NCBI RefSeq assembly: GCF_963853765.1 | Contig: NC_088854.1 | Span: forward strand, 25,234,001-25,298,000 | Source: Magallana gigas | Taxonomy: Eukaryota | DNA: 64,000 bases | Direction: 5' to 3' | In this document: piece by piece, positions 27,832 to 41,213 of the stretch | Numbering within the stretch: the stretch's first letter is position 1 | Layout of the letters: each line of letters starts with the position of its first letter | The notes under the pieces: model-generated | Database searches by the model: none | What the model was told of the DNA's origin: nothing | What the model saw: the letters and a program-made list of their open reading frames with translations, nothing else | Program-made: the position numbers and the translations under genes

Positions 27832-28982
27832 GCATAAGCACTGTTTCTGCGCATGTTCAGAGGGATCACGTGGGCTGCCTTATTGTACTGTTGTTTTTAC
27901 CAGGTACATAGCATGATCCAAGTTTTGCACATACCACTTTTTTGTCTCCATCTTGTGATAAAGTCTTTGATAGGACAAGAACGTAGTGTATATGTCACTG
28001 TGCCTTTGAAACACAATTTTGTTTTGATACATTTTATAATTCATTTTTCTTTTGTAACTTTTTTTTATCTTATGTCTTTCATGCATTTTAACATAATAGT
28101 AAAGAATAATTTTCAACTAACATATTCATACCGACCTGATTTCAGTATTTATTTGAGACATATACAAATATTTCTTTTTTTTTCATTTGTCCATCTTTTA
28201 TTGATGTTTTGTATTGCTCGGTATACATAATATTTATCTGTGAGTGATAATCATATTTGCTCGATTCAGACTGCTAAATGTTTATTAAGCCTATACATGT
28301 TATGTTTTTGAATTTTATATCATTAAACTTTGTTATAAGCCTTGAATTATTCCATTTTTCTTGTAATTTCTATCGATACAATAATAACGAGGATTTCAAT
28401 TTCTTTAGAGCAGGCTCTATTAGGTATTTACCAATCATGTTTTATGGAGTGCAAGTTTAGTTTATTCGCTCAAACCATGCAAACATATTGGTACAAAAAG
28501 AACAAATAATTTTTTAGAATAAATATAGAAAAAGACAAATGGTCAGGCACGTACGTACTTTCATGGATATTAAAAAAGCATCTGATATGCATAATAATGT
28601 AGTAAAGCATACAAAAAAAGAAGAAGAGGGACCGTAGAATTGAAGACATTTGTTTAACAATTTGATGAAAAAACGATCAGATGAGGAGAACAATTAACGG
28701 GAACAGACATCAAATTACGCACAGTTTTTTTTAATGAGATTTGAGGGTTTGATATGAGTTCGGAAAACCTGAAAACAAACAAATCACAGCGAAGTATGTT
28801 AGAAAAATATTCTCCTGTTCTCTCTCTTAGTAGTGTTAGAAAAAAAAAAAACGATATAAAAGACCTTTCAAATTAACATCCTCTCCTACCGTCTCCCCAG
28901 AAACTTAGTTCAACTACACGTATAACGTTTTGTGGATTGAATTTTGATTAAATGCTTACTCAATATAGTTTTAAGACTTTAA

Positions 28983-29475
28983 AGGGGCATGGTCACAATT
29001 TTGGTCAAATTCTATTTTTATATTTTTATTATTTACAATGCTTTAGAAATGCATTTCTAATGATCAAATAAAATGTGAGAGTCATTCGTAGAGTTATAAG
29101 CAAGACACAGGGCTCACAATTCTTTGTAATTGTAAACAAGGCTCGTGTCCTGTTTTTGTTTACATAGGTTCAAGATACCAGAAAAATATCTTTTTCCAGC
29201 TTATTTGTCTATCTTTTTTATTTATCTTAAGCATAGATAAACAGTTCCTAACGATTAACACATTCGTTTTAGGTTTAAAACTGGAAGTTTTATTTCAACG
29301 TTCAAAATGTAAACATATGCTTTGTTTACATAGCGAAGACTTTCAAGCTCTGTAACTCGCTTATAACTCAACAAATGGTACTCAAGTTTCTGTTGCCTAT
29401 TAAAACGCTTTCTGAAGCATGGTAAAAATTAAAATTGGAAAAATAATTTTTGACCAAAATCGTGACCATGCCCCT
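28983..29475. mobile_element. TTAA-type MITE (Kolobok/piggyBac-like target)
   Basis: 27-bp TIR AGGGGCATGGTCAC(A/G)ATTTTGGTCAAA with 1 mismatch; flanks TTAA/TTTA. Confidence 0.85.
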
Positions 29476-30365
29476 TTTACCAGTTTGAAATCGCCCATTC
29501 TTACTATGACTTTAAATGCCCATCCCAGATCAGATGTAATAGGACTGTATCAATGTTGCTAAACTTTCAAAGACATTTAAGAAAAAAACGCTTCGAAACT
29601 AACAAAAGATGTTGTTTTTAAATGGTACGCATGTGCCTTCAACATTAATGTAACGATATCAAATATAAACAATAGGTCCTTTGGCAAACTCGCTCATCCG
29701 AAAGACAATGCTTAATTATGACCACATCAGCTAAATATTTTTAAGCAAGTCATTGCAATATAAATGGCATTATATAAATTAACAATATATATTGATTCGA
29801 CAAACTTAATATTGATTTTCTGTACGAGACGAGTTCTGTACTGCATTCATACATGTATAATTATTCTAGACTTACCTAACCAGCGATGACTCTAATCTCT
29901 GGTGGGGATCTGGATCTATGAACGCACTATACTTACTTTATACTTTACGATATCTCATATCGACCTATCACAAACTTTCTTTAATTTTTTTTTACAACAT
30001 TTGGAATAATTTAAAAAAATATATAAATTGTATTTATGAAAACACAATGCATCTTTTAAAAAAATCTTCAAGATGGTTTTCTTACTTTTAAAAGAAATAT
30101 GACATTAAAAAATTCAGATTTAAATATTTTCTTCACAAGAGGAGGCACTGTACCACGTTTAGTTAACGTTATAACTGGCATAGTAGTCCAGGAGAAGAAA
30201 GCAGTAATGTTAATAGTTCCCGCCATGTAATGGACATGTATTGCATATTAGGCGAAACAATCTTCCAGAATTTAACATTTTAAAAAATGGTACGCTAATT
30301 GATGTTATTTTATTGTCGTTCTTATAATAATAATAAAAAAAGGTTCATAGAAATTTACGAAAATC

Positions 30366-30368
<3 letters not shown>

Positions 30369-30413
<45 letters not shown>
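30369..30413. repeat. (TA)n microsatellite
   Basis: Directly visible. Confidence 0.95.
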
Positions 30414-30415
<2 letters not shown>

Positions 30416-32155
30416 CTCGGTAATAATAACGAGGTATATAAATACCTCGGTATTAAGAGGGCTGGATAGTACTGGCAATTTAAGGGCTATAATTTACCTC
30501 ACTAAAAAGAAGAGCTCTGTATAAAAATATAGGAAAATGTTTGAATTTTAGTGCTAAATATTGTGTATTATCTTTAGTAAATAATAGTTTATTACCAAAA
30601 TTATCATATTTAAAACTTCAAGGAAGATGATCTGATGGTTAATTCGTTGAACATCTAGCATTCTTAACAATTGATAAACGTTTTTACGAAAAAACAGTAC
30701 AAGAAATGGTATAATTATGATAATAAACATATAAATTCATACCTTTTAGCATTTATCAATCAAGAAGTATCATGATTAATTAAAATATAAGCATGCAACA
30801 CAGCTTTACATTTTCGGATTATACCGGTATTTCAGAAACAATTTTTCGAAACAACTTTGGCATTATTCCAGCGGCCTTGTTTAAATCAAAATACGAGTGA
30901 CTTGAAGTTGGTGAAATTTACAGCGACCCCAAAATCTATTTAAATGATTTAGATGAACAAAACAAGGTCTATAGTACCCGGTCAAACTGCACTTCAGCTT
31001 GTCAAATCGGCTATCAGCTATTTTATCTGTTTATGGTTTCAGATTCTATAATAGCTCTCAATGCAAACAAGGAGATCAGACTCTCAACCACTCGGATAAG
31101 GGTTACGGTATTCCGTGTCTGAGGTGAACCAAACGTGTGGAATTTTGAGAGCGGGTCAATTGTTTTTTGTTCCAAAAAAGTAAAATGTCTGCAACATTTC
31201 GTGCTTGTTATAATCACGGGGTGTGAATTTATTTAACCTGTGTTTTCAAACAATCATTGTTTTATTTCTCGAAAAGAATTGAGTAATCTCCACCTTGCTA
31301 AAATTAAACGAAATAAACGTTAAAAAATATGCATTGTTTTTAATATACTGAGCATATATCATACCTGTTTGCATCAAAACTTATCTTTTAAATTACCATG
31401 ATAAGACTCAAACCCATATTGTAAACAAAATTAATAATTTTTGATATTTGTTTTGAAAATATTCAATTCTCAAATAACCTTATAGCGACAAACCATTAAA
31501 CTCGATGGAATCTTCTAGCAATACAACTGCAAATATTTTAAGAGCCTACTTTGTGTAAGATAAAAAGAATGAAAATAAAAATAAACATAAAAATTCCAGG
31601 GTATTTTTTTCTTTGATCCCAAAGGCATCATGATTTGAAAAGTCGAAGTCGTGATAAGACATTAAAAGATTCATACAAGAACAATTCCTTAACAAAAACA
31701 GAAATTAACTTTAAAGTCTTGTGTGCAGTTTGTTTTTTCGTTGTGAGCCATACTTAACACATTTTCGGAGCTCATACGTCATGGCGTTGTCTTAAGAGAT
31801 GGCGTCCACGTCTCGTGTCCAAGCTCTGCATGACGATCGGCCTTAGCTGGGAATGCACTGTTATGAAAATAAGAATCAAAACAAACACAAACAAGGCTCG
31901 CGGACAGGCAAACAGGATCCTTATTTTAATGGATTTTGGGTGTGCTTCGCTCCTTCAAAAGTCTTGGAGCTCTCCATAGACGGCCACAAAAAAGTTGTTG
32001 GACCATATAATATTCATTTTGTGGAATCTCCGTGATGGAGTAACGAGAGTTGAAAAAGGAGTCTTTCAGATCAGAGTCGGCAATTCTCTTTTTGGGTGTT
32101 TTACGAAGAACATTGACTTAACACTTAGATTTTGTGATAGGAAGAAAATAGAAAA

Positions 32156-35100
32156 ATGTGCTTAAATCTCTATGTTACAATACTCCTCGGTAAGTTGTTT
32201 GGGTTTTAATCGATGTAGCAATGTTTATTTTAGAAAAAAAAAACCACAAATTTATATTTGATAATTTTTAAAAATCATTTCGAATTTTTTTGTGTGATTA
32301 CATTTAGCTCTTATCCAAAAGACTGTCTTTTTTAATTTAATTATTTTATAATTATAAATTCTAATTTAATCTAATTTCAAATAATATCTTAATCTTTTTC
32401 TGGTTTATAGTCCTCCCTTTGCTCGTATCCTCACAATCACGTAAGTTTTTTTAAATTTAATGCGATGGATTAATAAATGGTTATTTGTGTTAAAGCCTTA
32501 ATTATCAATCGATTTTATCAAAAAATAAAATAAAAATTAATTAAAATAAGATGTAAAAAAAAGAAATGAAATATTAGTAAATGGATAATTTGACAAGAAG
32601 ATTGTCTTTATTATCACTTTTAAATTTTTAGAAAGCAAATTCATTTGTGAAAACCAGTCCGATAGCCTAACCTGTTCAAATAATGACGTCATTACAATTC
32701 GGTCCATAAACTTCGGAAGAACAAGCCCGACTGTTTGCGGCAATGACCCCAACACATACTGCTACTCCTCCGGCAAAGTGACTGCAAACATTGCCAGGAG
32801 CTGTAATAACAAGAACTCTTGTCAGCTGACGGCATCTTCCACAAGTCTGGGCGAGGACCCTTGCTCCGGCACGTCCAAATATCTGGACGTCCAGTACGAC
32901 TGTAACCCCCCACCCACCACCACAACCACTACCACTACCACCACGACTACTACGCCGCCACCTACCACCCAGTCACAGACCTCGTCCTCTTCTCAGTCAG
33001 CTTCAATTGCTAGTCCTAACGCAGGTCAGCCAGGAGTTTAATAGTCATTTCTGTAACCATAGCTTCTTTACTGTATCCGGAAATAGATTTTCTGCATATT
33101 ATGTATATCTGGTTATGTTCGCGATGATCTAATTTTCGATTATCATTTTCTCATCGCAAAAAATACAACAAGCAGAAATAAATACCAGTAGCTGTTTTTC
33201 TGCAATTGAAAACTTTTAAAATAAAAAAAATTAACTTGCGCAAACCAAAAGTCCATATATAGTTATGGACTTGTATATCCCGTTTTTGAAAAAAAAAATG
33301 ATCACATGAAATAACTCGGATACTTAGTACGTAATTATGTGAGATTTGCCAAGTTGTATTACGTTAATCCTTCGTTTTTGTTTATGATTACCCTATACAA
33401 GTTACTTTGGAATCATTATCTTTCCAGGCGGTCCACAAGTTTGTCACGAATATCTGATATCGGGAAGCAATGGAATACCCGATAATAAGCTCACAGCCAC
33501 AAGCACGTGGTCAAATTCATCCAATCAGGACGGACACCCATACCGTGCACGGCTCTTTAACTCCGGATTTAACTTTGGTAACGGAACCTATTTGGTGGGT
33601 GGATGGGTAGCGGGCGTCAATGATAAGCAGCAATATATTCAGGTATTAGTTGTGAATAAACACACCGTTAAATGACTACTGAAAAATGCGAGAAGTCGAG
33701 TATCTTTAAGTGCATTATTCCTATCATACAAATTCTAAAACGTTCGTATAGATATAATGTATCACTGCAAAGTTTATGTTTGCTCAATAAACATCAAGTT
33801 GAGCTTTTTTATGCTTAAAGAAATTCAAAAACACAGTTTTTAAATGGTACATAAAGTACTTTTACCAATTTAGTTAAGTAGATGATATTCGAATTCTTGA
33901 AACGTTAATTATCGCTAGGCGGAGTTCAATGACGTCAGTGTAATCAGAGGCGTGGTCACACAAGGTCGAAACGTCAACACTCAGGACCGATGTTGTCACC
34001 AAAAGGTCACCAAGTACAAGGTCATGTACAGTGTAGATGGGGTCACCTACAACACAGTCAAGGACCACAACGGAAATGACGTTGTAAGACTTTTTGCTTA
34101 CCATTCTAAAAGCCAGTTGAAAAAAAAATGTTTTTAAAAATCTGTGAAGTACGCAACAAAATGGTGTATCTTTCATATAGGTTTATATTGGAAATACCAA
34201 AGACGAAGAACTAGAGATGATCAATATGTTTGGATGCCCCATAATTGCCAAATACATTCGTATACAACCTTTGGAGTGGTCAGCGCATATTGCATTGAGA
34301 TTTGACGTCATAGGGTGTAGAGCTACAACAGGTAAATCACAGACATACTCGAATCTTCCACATGCTGAAATCAGATTTAATTATTAGTAAACCTCTCTAA
34401 AACTTTATATCATATCATTATAATCAAGATCCATATGGCCAATGCCCAAAGGGCTGGAAGGAGAGGCCCGGATCTAAAACGTGTTATTTGATAACCACTA
34501 ATCAAGCCCTGGGCTGGAGAGAGGCTAGGCAACGCTGCAAGCAACAGCAGGGCGATCTGGTCAAGATCGACTCAATTCAAGAAAGGGTATTACAACCATA
34601 CTTACATGTATACGTTTATTAAAACTTGTTAAAAATTAAAACTTATTTGTAGCACTATCGAGAATGTATTATTTTTACCAAATTATATCAATAATAGTGA
34701 AGATAACAAATTGCCCATTTTCATACAGGATTGGCTCATTCAAGAAATAAAACAACAACAATTCTCTCAAGTATGGATTGGTCTGAATAACCTTCCAAGA
34801 CGAGACAGCAAGAATTATCACTGGACAGATGGATCATCTCTAAACACAAATATTGTGTAAGCTTATTCTAATGTGTATAATTGGTATGTAGTCGTAAAAT
34901 CCTATGCTACATTTACCAAACACTGTTGATATGTTTTTAACACTATTTGTACAATGTGTTTATAAATCAAACATTATCACTACAACATAGATCAAGGCTT
35001 CAATATCAAAGAATATCTGGTATTGAATTAAAATTTTTGGCCAAAGAAAGTATCTTGATGTCATTTCATAACACTTTGGTGGAGCAGGAATCTGACTGAA

Positions 35101-35964
35101 TTATGAATTTTCGGTAATTTCAGACCTTGGAAGAGCGGTAACCCAGACAACTACCAACAAAACGAACACTGTGGGGAGTTCTCCAACGCCGAGCTGAACG
35201 ACATAGACTGTACCTCCAAAATCAACTTCATCTGCGAGAAGCCAAAGTGTGAGTTGCATCATTTCAACACTGTATTATTAATATGATTAATATGATGTAC
35301 CCAGATGATAAACCTAGCTGACATTTTTTTTTAAGTTTGGACTAACCCAAACAGCGCCACCACTCAGGCGCCACCAAACAGCCAGACTACCACAATAAGT
35401 GCCAGTACCACCAGTGGTAGCAATTCAAACTCTGGCTTCACTAGCCCCGTTGTCTCTCCAACCAAACCCACAACACTCAAACCATCAACACGTAAGGCTC
35501 TTTTGTTTTACCGAATTGAATTGTAGTAATTTTTTTGTCATACAGTATTTATCATTTTTACTCAAGTTAATTCCATGCTGATCCAAAATCTTTACAATCG
35601 TTACAGTAACAAAAGTCATCCCAACTTTGCCAGGAGCACAGGTGGTAAACGGAATATTGTTTACGAGTAAGTAATTTCATTCTATCAAAGAATGAAAAAA
35701 AAAATCATTTAATGCTTGATGTTCTTAATAATTTCTCTTGCATCCTGTACGTTTTTTATTTCAATTTCAGCCGGATGTGGTAACCAGAATGACTGTTATA
35801 ACCTTGGGATCGGGGATCACCAGTACTGCGCTGACTGCCATAGTTACCTTACCTGCGCCCCAAGTGGCATTTTCGTCAGACCGTGTCCCGCTAATTTAGA
35901 ATTCGACAACAACCTCCAGGCATGCGTAGCTAGATCCTGGACGTGCAAGCGAGTGTCTGGATAA
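32156..35964 (+). CDS. Secreted multi-lectin: signal peptide, SUEL/rhamnose-binding domain, Pro/Thr linker, F5/8 type C domain, C-type lectin domain, Ser/Thr linker, CBM14 chitin-binding domain; 12 exons, ~602 aa
   Basis: Exons: 32156-32189, 32411-32440, 32632-33024, 33428-33642, 33919-34083, 34181-34331, 34429-34586, 34729-34856, 35124-35248, 35336-35491, 35607-35666, 35771-35964 (1809 nt, open, all GT-AG). Signal peptide MCLNLYVTILLVLPLLVSSQS. SUEL: ICEN...C...INFGR...C...DPCSGTSKYLDVQYDC. F5/8C: LTATSTW...ARL...GGWVAG...YIQ...GVVTQGR...AKYIRIQP..W...IALRFDVIGC. CTLD: CPKGW...CY...W.EAR..C....GDLVKI...VWIGL...WTDGS...W..GNPD...EHC...NDIDC...FICE. CBM14: CADCHSYLTC...RPCPANLEFDNNLQAC. Confidence 0.85.
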
Positions 35965-37597
35965 ATATTCAACCTATCCTTATCTTATTTATTATGAACA
36001 CTTGACACTTGTTTGATGCGTGTTATTGATTTGCACCTTTATGTCCAAGATCACCACAAAAAACCTTAAATACGTTGATTTTGTTTTTAAATCGTTGTTT
36101 ATTGTATTTACAAACGAATAAAAGAGACCAATAATAACTACCAAACGACAATTATTTTACCTGATTTGTAATATGTGCACTATTTCAATGATGTGGTTAT
36201 TGAGAAGCTGAATAGTTTTCTTCTGGAACCGTTGCACAGTCATGTATCTCTACACTCTGTAATAACTTATAACTTATAATAACTGTTAATAACTTATAAC
36301 TCTGTCATGTCGCGAGTTTTTACTTCCACCACTTTTCGATTGATATTTCAATAATTATAAATACCTTACTGCTAAAACTGCGTTGATCCACTTATATGAA
36401 AAATGTCCAGATTATCTGTTTTGAAACGCCCCCCTTTCCGCTTCAGATTTCAATACACATCCCAAAATAGAAAGTCTACGTAGATTTTGCATTACATCAA
36501 CCATTAAATAGCCCGGATAATAACGTTGAAAAATTGTGGGAGGCATTCCAATTGAGTTCCGAATGGAGAAAAGATGTCAATATTTCCAATTATAAATCTC
36601 CGTAAAAATTTGTTTTAGTCCCTGGGAACTTTTATTAGTGAAAAATGATAATTTTTCATTGAAGATAGCATAGCTTTATTCCCTTTGTATCGATTTCAAC
36701 TGTATTTCTTTCACAGGGGTGTGTATTTTAATAAAAATCATCAAAAAGTGACGGAAGCAATTACTTAGGACTGACTTTATGGGTTTTGCAGCTAAGTAAA
36801 GCATTTATTCGAACAATGATATGTTTTAGGTGGATCATGCAAGTATAAAGGACATTGGTGGGTAAGGTGTTTGAAATTCCTGCTTAAGGACGGAAAAGAC
36901 ACTGTAAATTTGAAATATCAACAAATCTGATTATTTTTCAATTTAAAAAATCATTCAAAACAATGTATGATTTACATGGCATTGATTTGTCACTCTTAAT
37001 TATGTTAGATACTTGGAATATATCGATTTAAACTGGCGTATCAAAACCTCCGAATAGTGTCATCTTTTTGAACTTCAATGTATCTTCTTTTATGAAATGG
37101 GTATGTGCTCCATATGTTTGATTTTATAATAGAACTAATAAATATCATGAAATACAAACTGATTTTAATCAACAAAAATGTGGGGAGATGACCCTCTAGA
37201 CATAAGAAGTATCATTGTGTATCCAAATAAGTCCGTAAATTCGCTGTCAAAGTTGCCAATAGCAATTATTCATTCAACGCACATAATTGTGACTTAAGGT
37301 TTCTCCACCCTTGATGTTTTTATGGTTGAATCCATGTAATATTTGTTTAAATTTGAAGATTGATATGTAAACATTCAAAATGAACTTAAATATCTTTATG
37401 ATGCAAATATTTTGTTCATGCTGTAGGAGCTAACACAGGTACACTCTAAGGGCAGTTATAGCGATGACTGCTCACCAATCAAACATCACATAATTTTTTT
37501 TACTGATTTCTATATAATAAATAAAGTTTTTAAAGAAATTATTCACAATCCTTTATTTTATGTATTTTATCATTTTAAAGCCATTTTAACCTGCCAG

Positions 37598-37970
37598 TAT
37601 ATAAATAGTGCCTGTTTGGGAGGGTAACAGTTGAAATTGACACCCCGAGAAAACCATTGTCAACCGACGCGAAGCGGAGGTTGACAATGGTTTTCGAGGG
37701 GTGTCAATTTCAACTGTTATCCTCCCAAACAGGCACTATTTATTTTGTTATACTGAATGTCTTTTTTTAAAATTTTAAGAAAATTTTACTGCTTTTATAT
37801 AGGAATAACGTGAATTCAACAGCGAACCGTACGCGCATAATTTTCGCGCATGTAACATTTTTTAATGTTACCCGTTGCCAAGTGCGTTGCTAACGCTGAG
37901 GGTAATAGTAAATATTATTAACTGCGTCTTAACCAATCAGATTTCAGTATTTAACATGAAAGTATAACAA
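37598..37970 (-). mobile_element. Family H2 hairpin element (second copy)
   Basis: Reverse complement of 12937-13308. Confidence 0.85.
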
Positions 37971-40677
37971 TATGAAATGTATCACATTTAGAGTGCATTT
38001 TTATACATTTTTTTAACCATGAATAAGTACAGTTTAGCAATATAAAACGTCTAATAGATAACTTTTGAAATAATGGTTCAAACGCACTAAAAATTGGTAC
38101 ATTTGTGACTTATTATATCTCCTATCGAAATCTGCAAAGAAATTTTTACCTTGCCAGGTAAAAATGTTGAATTCTAGTCTCTGTCAACTTTTCCTATGTA
38201 CGGTTTTATCAGTTTTTCATTGATTTCAGCGATTTCAACTCAAACTACTCTCTATTAATTGTTAAATATTGGTGTCATTTCACTTTACATTGCTTAAAAT
38301 GTGTGAAACACAAGTTAAATCAAGAAATACTGGCAAAACCATGCAGTATATACATGTAACACTAATATCAAAACTGATAACGGTAAAATATTCAGGAATG
38401 CTCACAATGACGTCATGCGACAATCGAAAGACCTTAAATGGCATTAGATACTCTTTTTAAGTTGTGGGTTCGCTACCACTTAAACTTAATGCAATATCCT
38501 ATTATATTGTTTGTTGAAATATTCAAAGCTTTTAATACAGTAAGAAATTGTGCTTTTGCAAACTTGTATTATAACTTATTATTATAGAAGAATTGGGGGA
38601 AAAATGAAATTGTACTTTACGACTAAACCAGATGGGCATTTGCGCTATTTTATCTCCCAATCTTCTTTCTGGATATTATAGAAAAAAAAACCACTGTGTG
38701 ACAATAGATATCAGTTACTCTCATACTTGCATGGACCACCATCGAGAATGTTGACAATAATTAATCGTATTGAGGTTTTGTTCGAATTCATAAATGTCTA
38801 CCATCCTTTACTATCAACTTGACAACCAACGAGCTATGTCATGAAAATGCTTCCATAGAAAATTCAGTGATTTCAACTCGGTAGAAATTAATTTTAAAAA
38901 ATCAGACAAAAAAGACGTCTTGAAAAGCACATTAAGGATAGACACTACATTTAGAATAATTAAACGTTAGTTATCTCACTATGCGTTAAGTCCCTTTAAG
39001 GAGAAAAACAGAGTAAGCCAGTCCAGGAAAAATTACCCCTGTTGTAAGGGCCCTTGTTATATCCCGTGTAAACCCCTAACGCCAATACAATAAATATATC
39101 AGGAATTTTCGGTAAGAACATTATTCCGCGTTACGACCTCATTTTGCTGCTGACACTGGCCGGGATAAGACGCATAAACTGATCGATAATCCAATCTACT
39201 GGGATCATCATTTTTGAAATCTCGGCCGTGCATGGGGTCAATTAAATAATCGCTAATTATCTTTATGACATTTTCTCTACAAAAAATTCATATTTCTTGA
39301 TAATTTATCATATATAAAAAAAGTATAGGTGATATAATTAAATTGAATTAACAGTACGTGGAAAATATTTAAGTTTCCGTTTTTTGTTTCTCTGAAGACA
39401 TCATGTTAAGAGCTAAACGCAAGTCCATGCCATATGTCCGCCCGTCCAGAGCGCATGGTACCCGGCCCACTTCCAGCAATGCAACAGTAACGATGCCCAG
39501 CGTTTCTGCAGCCAGTTCAGTGTCAGCGACGCAAACAGGGCCAACTAGTGTTGCCTCTTGCTCTCGCCATGCAGTTGCCTTGGGATCCGCGCCCTCCTTT
39601 GACCCCTCAACCAATGTAGTTTCAATGCCACAATCCTCGCCCTCAAGCGTTGCCTCAGGATCCGCACATGTTCCTGCCTCCGGGATTCCATCAAGTTCTG
39701 CTATCTATCCCCACTTGTCTTTAGGCATCCCCACATCTGTATCAGCGGTTCCTTTAGGTTTCAATACCAGTAATCCTACTCCCCTTGTACGAGGGTTGTC
39801 CCAAAATAGCGTAGACAAGTACATGTGTAAGTTTATCCGATAACCTTGGCCTTTATGTTCCGCAAACAAAGGACAAAATATGGTATAAAACAGTACTACG
39901 TCGAGTTGATTAAAGTTGTACAATCCGATATTGATTCGGGGGAACAACAAAAAATTGCTATAGTTCAAGGTCAGTTGGTTCTACAACCGAAGCCCAATCA
40001 AAACAAAATCACTTCAATTCAATCAAGGACCGAAGCATTATTAATATTTGCCAGTATCTATCTTGCAAAGTATCGTAATGACGCCCAGGGTATTCTAAAG
40101 TACATGCAAACTATACGTTTGGGGGCCAATCGCAGTTCTTCTTCAAACTGGATTGAGTATGACAAGCAATTCAGATTGAAAATGTCCGAGTAAACGTCCA
40201 TCCACTAGGGCTCAGTCGATGCTGAACTCTGGCTGTTATATATGTCATCAAAAGTACTAATGACCACTCAGCCTCCTTCCATTTTGAAATGTTACGATTA
40301 TAACTTCAGGGGCTCAAGCGAAAAGTACCCATGTTCATATCAACATTCAAGCATGTACTGCCACAAAATTCACCCTCATATTCATTGCAGACAGGAAAGA
40401 CCTCCTCAGATCAATATTACACAGCTAAACTTGCAATTCAAGTCACGTAAACAGCGTAATCCCTCTCAAAGTCCCGTCAGACCTAGATTCCAATTACAAC
40501 TCCCTAGACAGAGATATATTGGGCCTAGGTCATTCCCTTTTTAATATTCACAACCTTAAAAAATGGGCTATCCCTGTAAAAATATTGCTACCTCCTTGCT
40601 TAATGGGTTTCAAAAAGGGTTTTACCTGCATTTTACGGGTGTAAGGATTCTATTATAACAAAAATATTAAAATCATT

Positions 40678-41213
40678 AGTTAAGAAATAAACAACGTTAT
40701 TTAGTGAACATGGCGTTATGAATAGCGATTGCTCTGTTGGCATATTCCATGATGCGCGCTAGCGCATCATGGAAAATATGCCAGCAGAGCAGTTGCTATT
40801 CATAACGCCATGTTCACTAAATAATCGTTGCTTATTACTTATATTTGCATTTTACCACTCGCAAATACCCTGTATTAGCTTAGACCTTGACATTTAGCTA
40901 TTACATCAAAAGTAAACATTCAGACTGTAATGTATCTTTTTAATTCACATAGATTTGTTAACAGAATCAATGATATGTTATAACAGTAATTCCTTTAAAA
41001 TGTTATCAAAAACATGTTTAAATATTACATGTAAATACGTCAATTTTAATGAAGTTGGAGAAAAACACATGATGTATCGTATAGTGGTTTAAATCTATAA
41101 CGTCATGGAAAAGTATATATAACGTTACACCTTTATGACGTCATAGTATACTGACAGAGCAATTGCGATTATAGAGATATAAGAACAATGGAAATGCAAA
41201 TATTTTCTCATAA
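40678..41213 (+). mobile_element. Family H1 hairpin element inserted in the RT of the Ngaro-like element
   Basis: Hairpin 40686-40836 with ~70-bp arms around GCGC-GCTA-GCGC. RT-like sequence stops before it and resumes after it. A second copy lies at 7751-8301. Confidence 0.8.

Noticed and set aside
27454-27869. Overlapping ORFs around the last SAXO exon and antisense ORFs over the lectin exons (32537-32925, 33874-34176)
   Set aside because: They are alternative-frame or antisense shadows of real exons with no recognisable motifs.
39369-39968. Minus-strand ORFs 39369-39614 and 39705-39968
   Set aside because: They are antisense shadows of the gag-like region.
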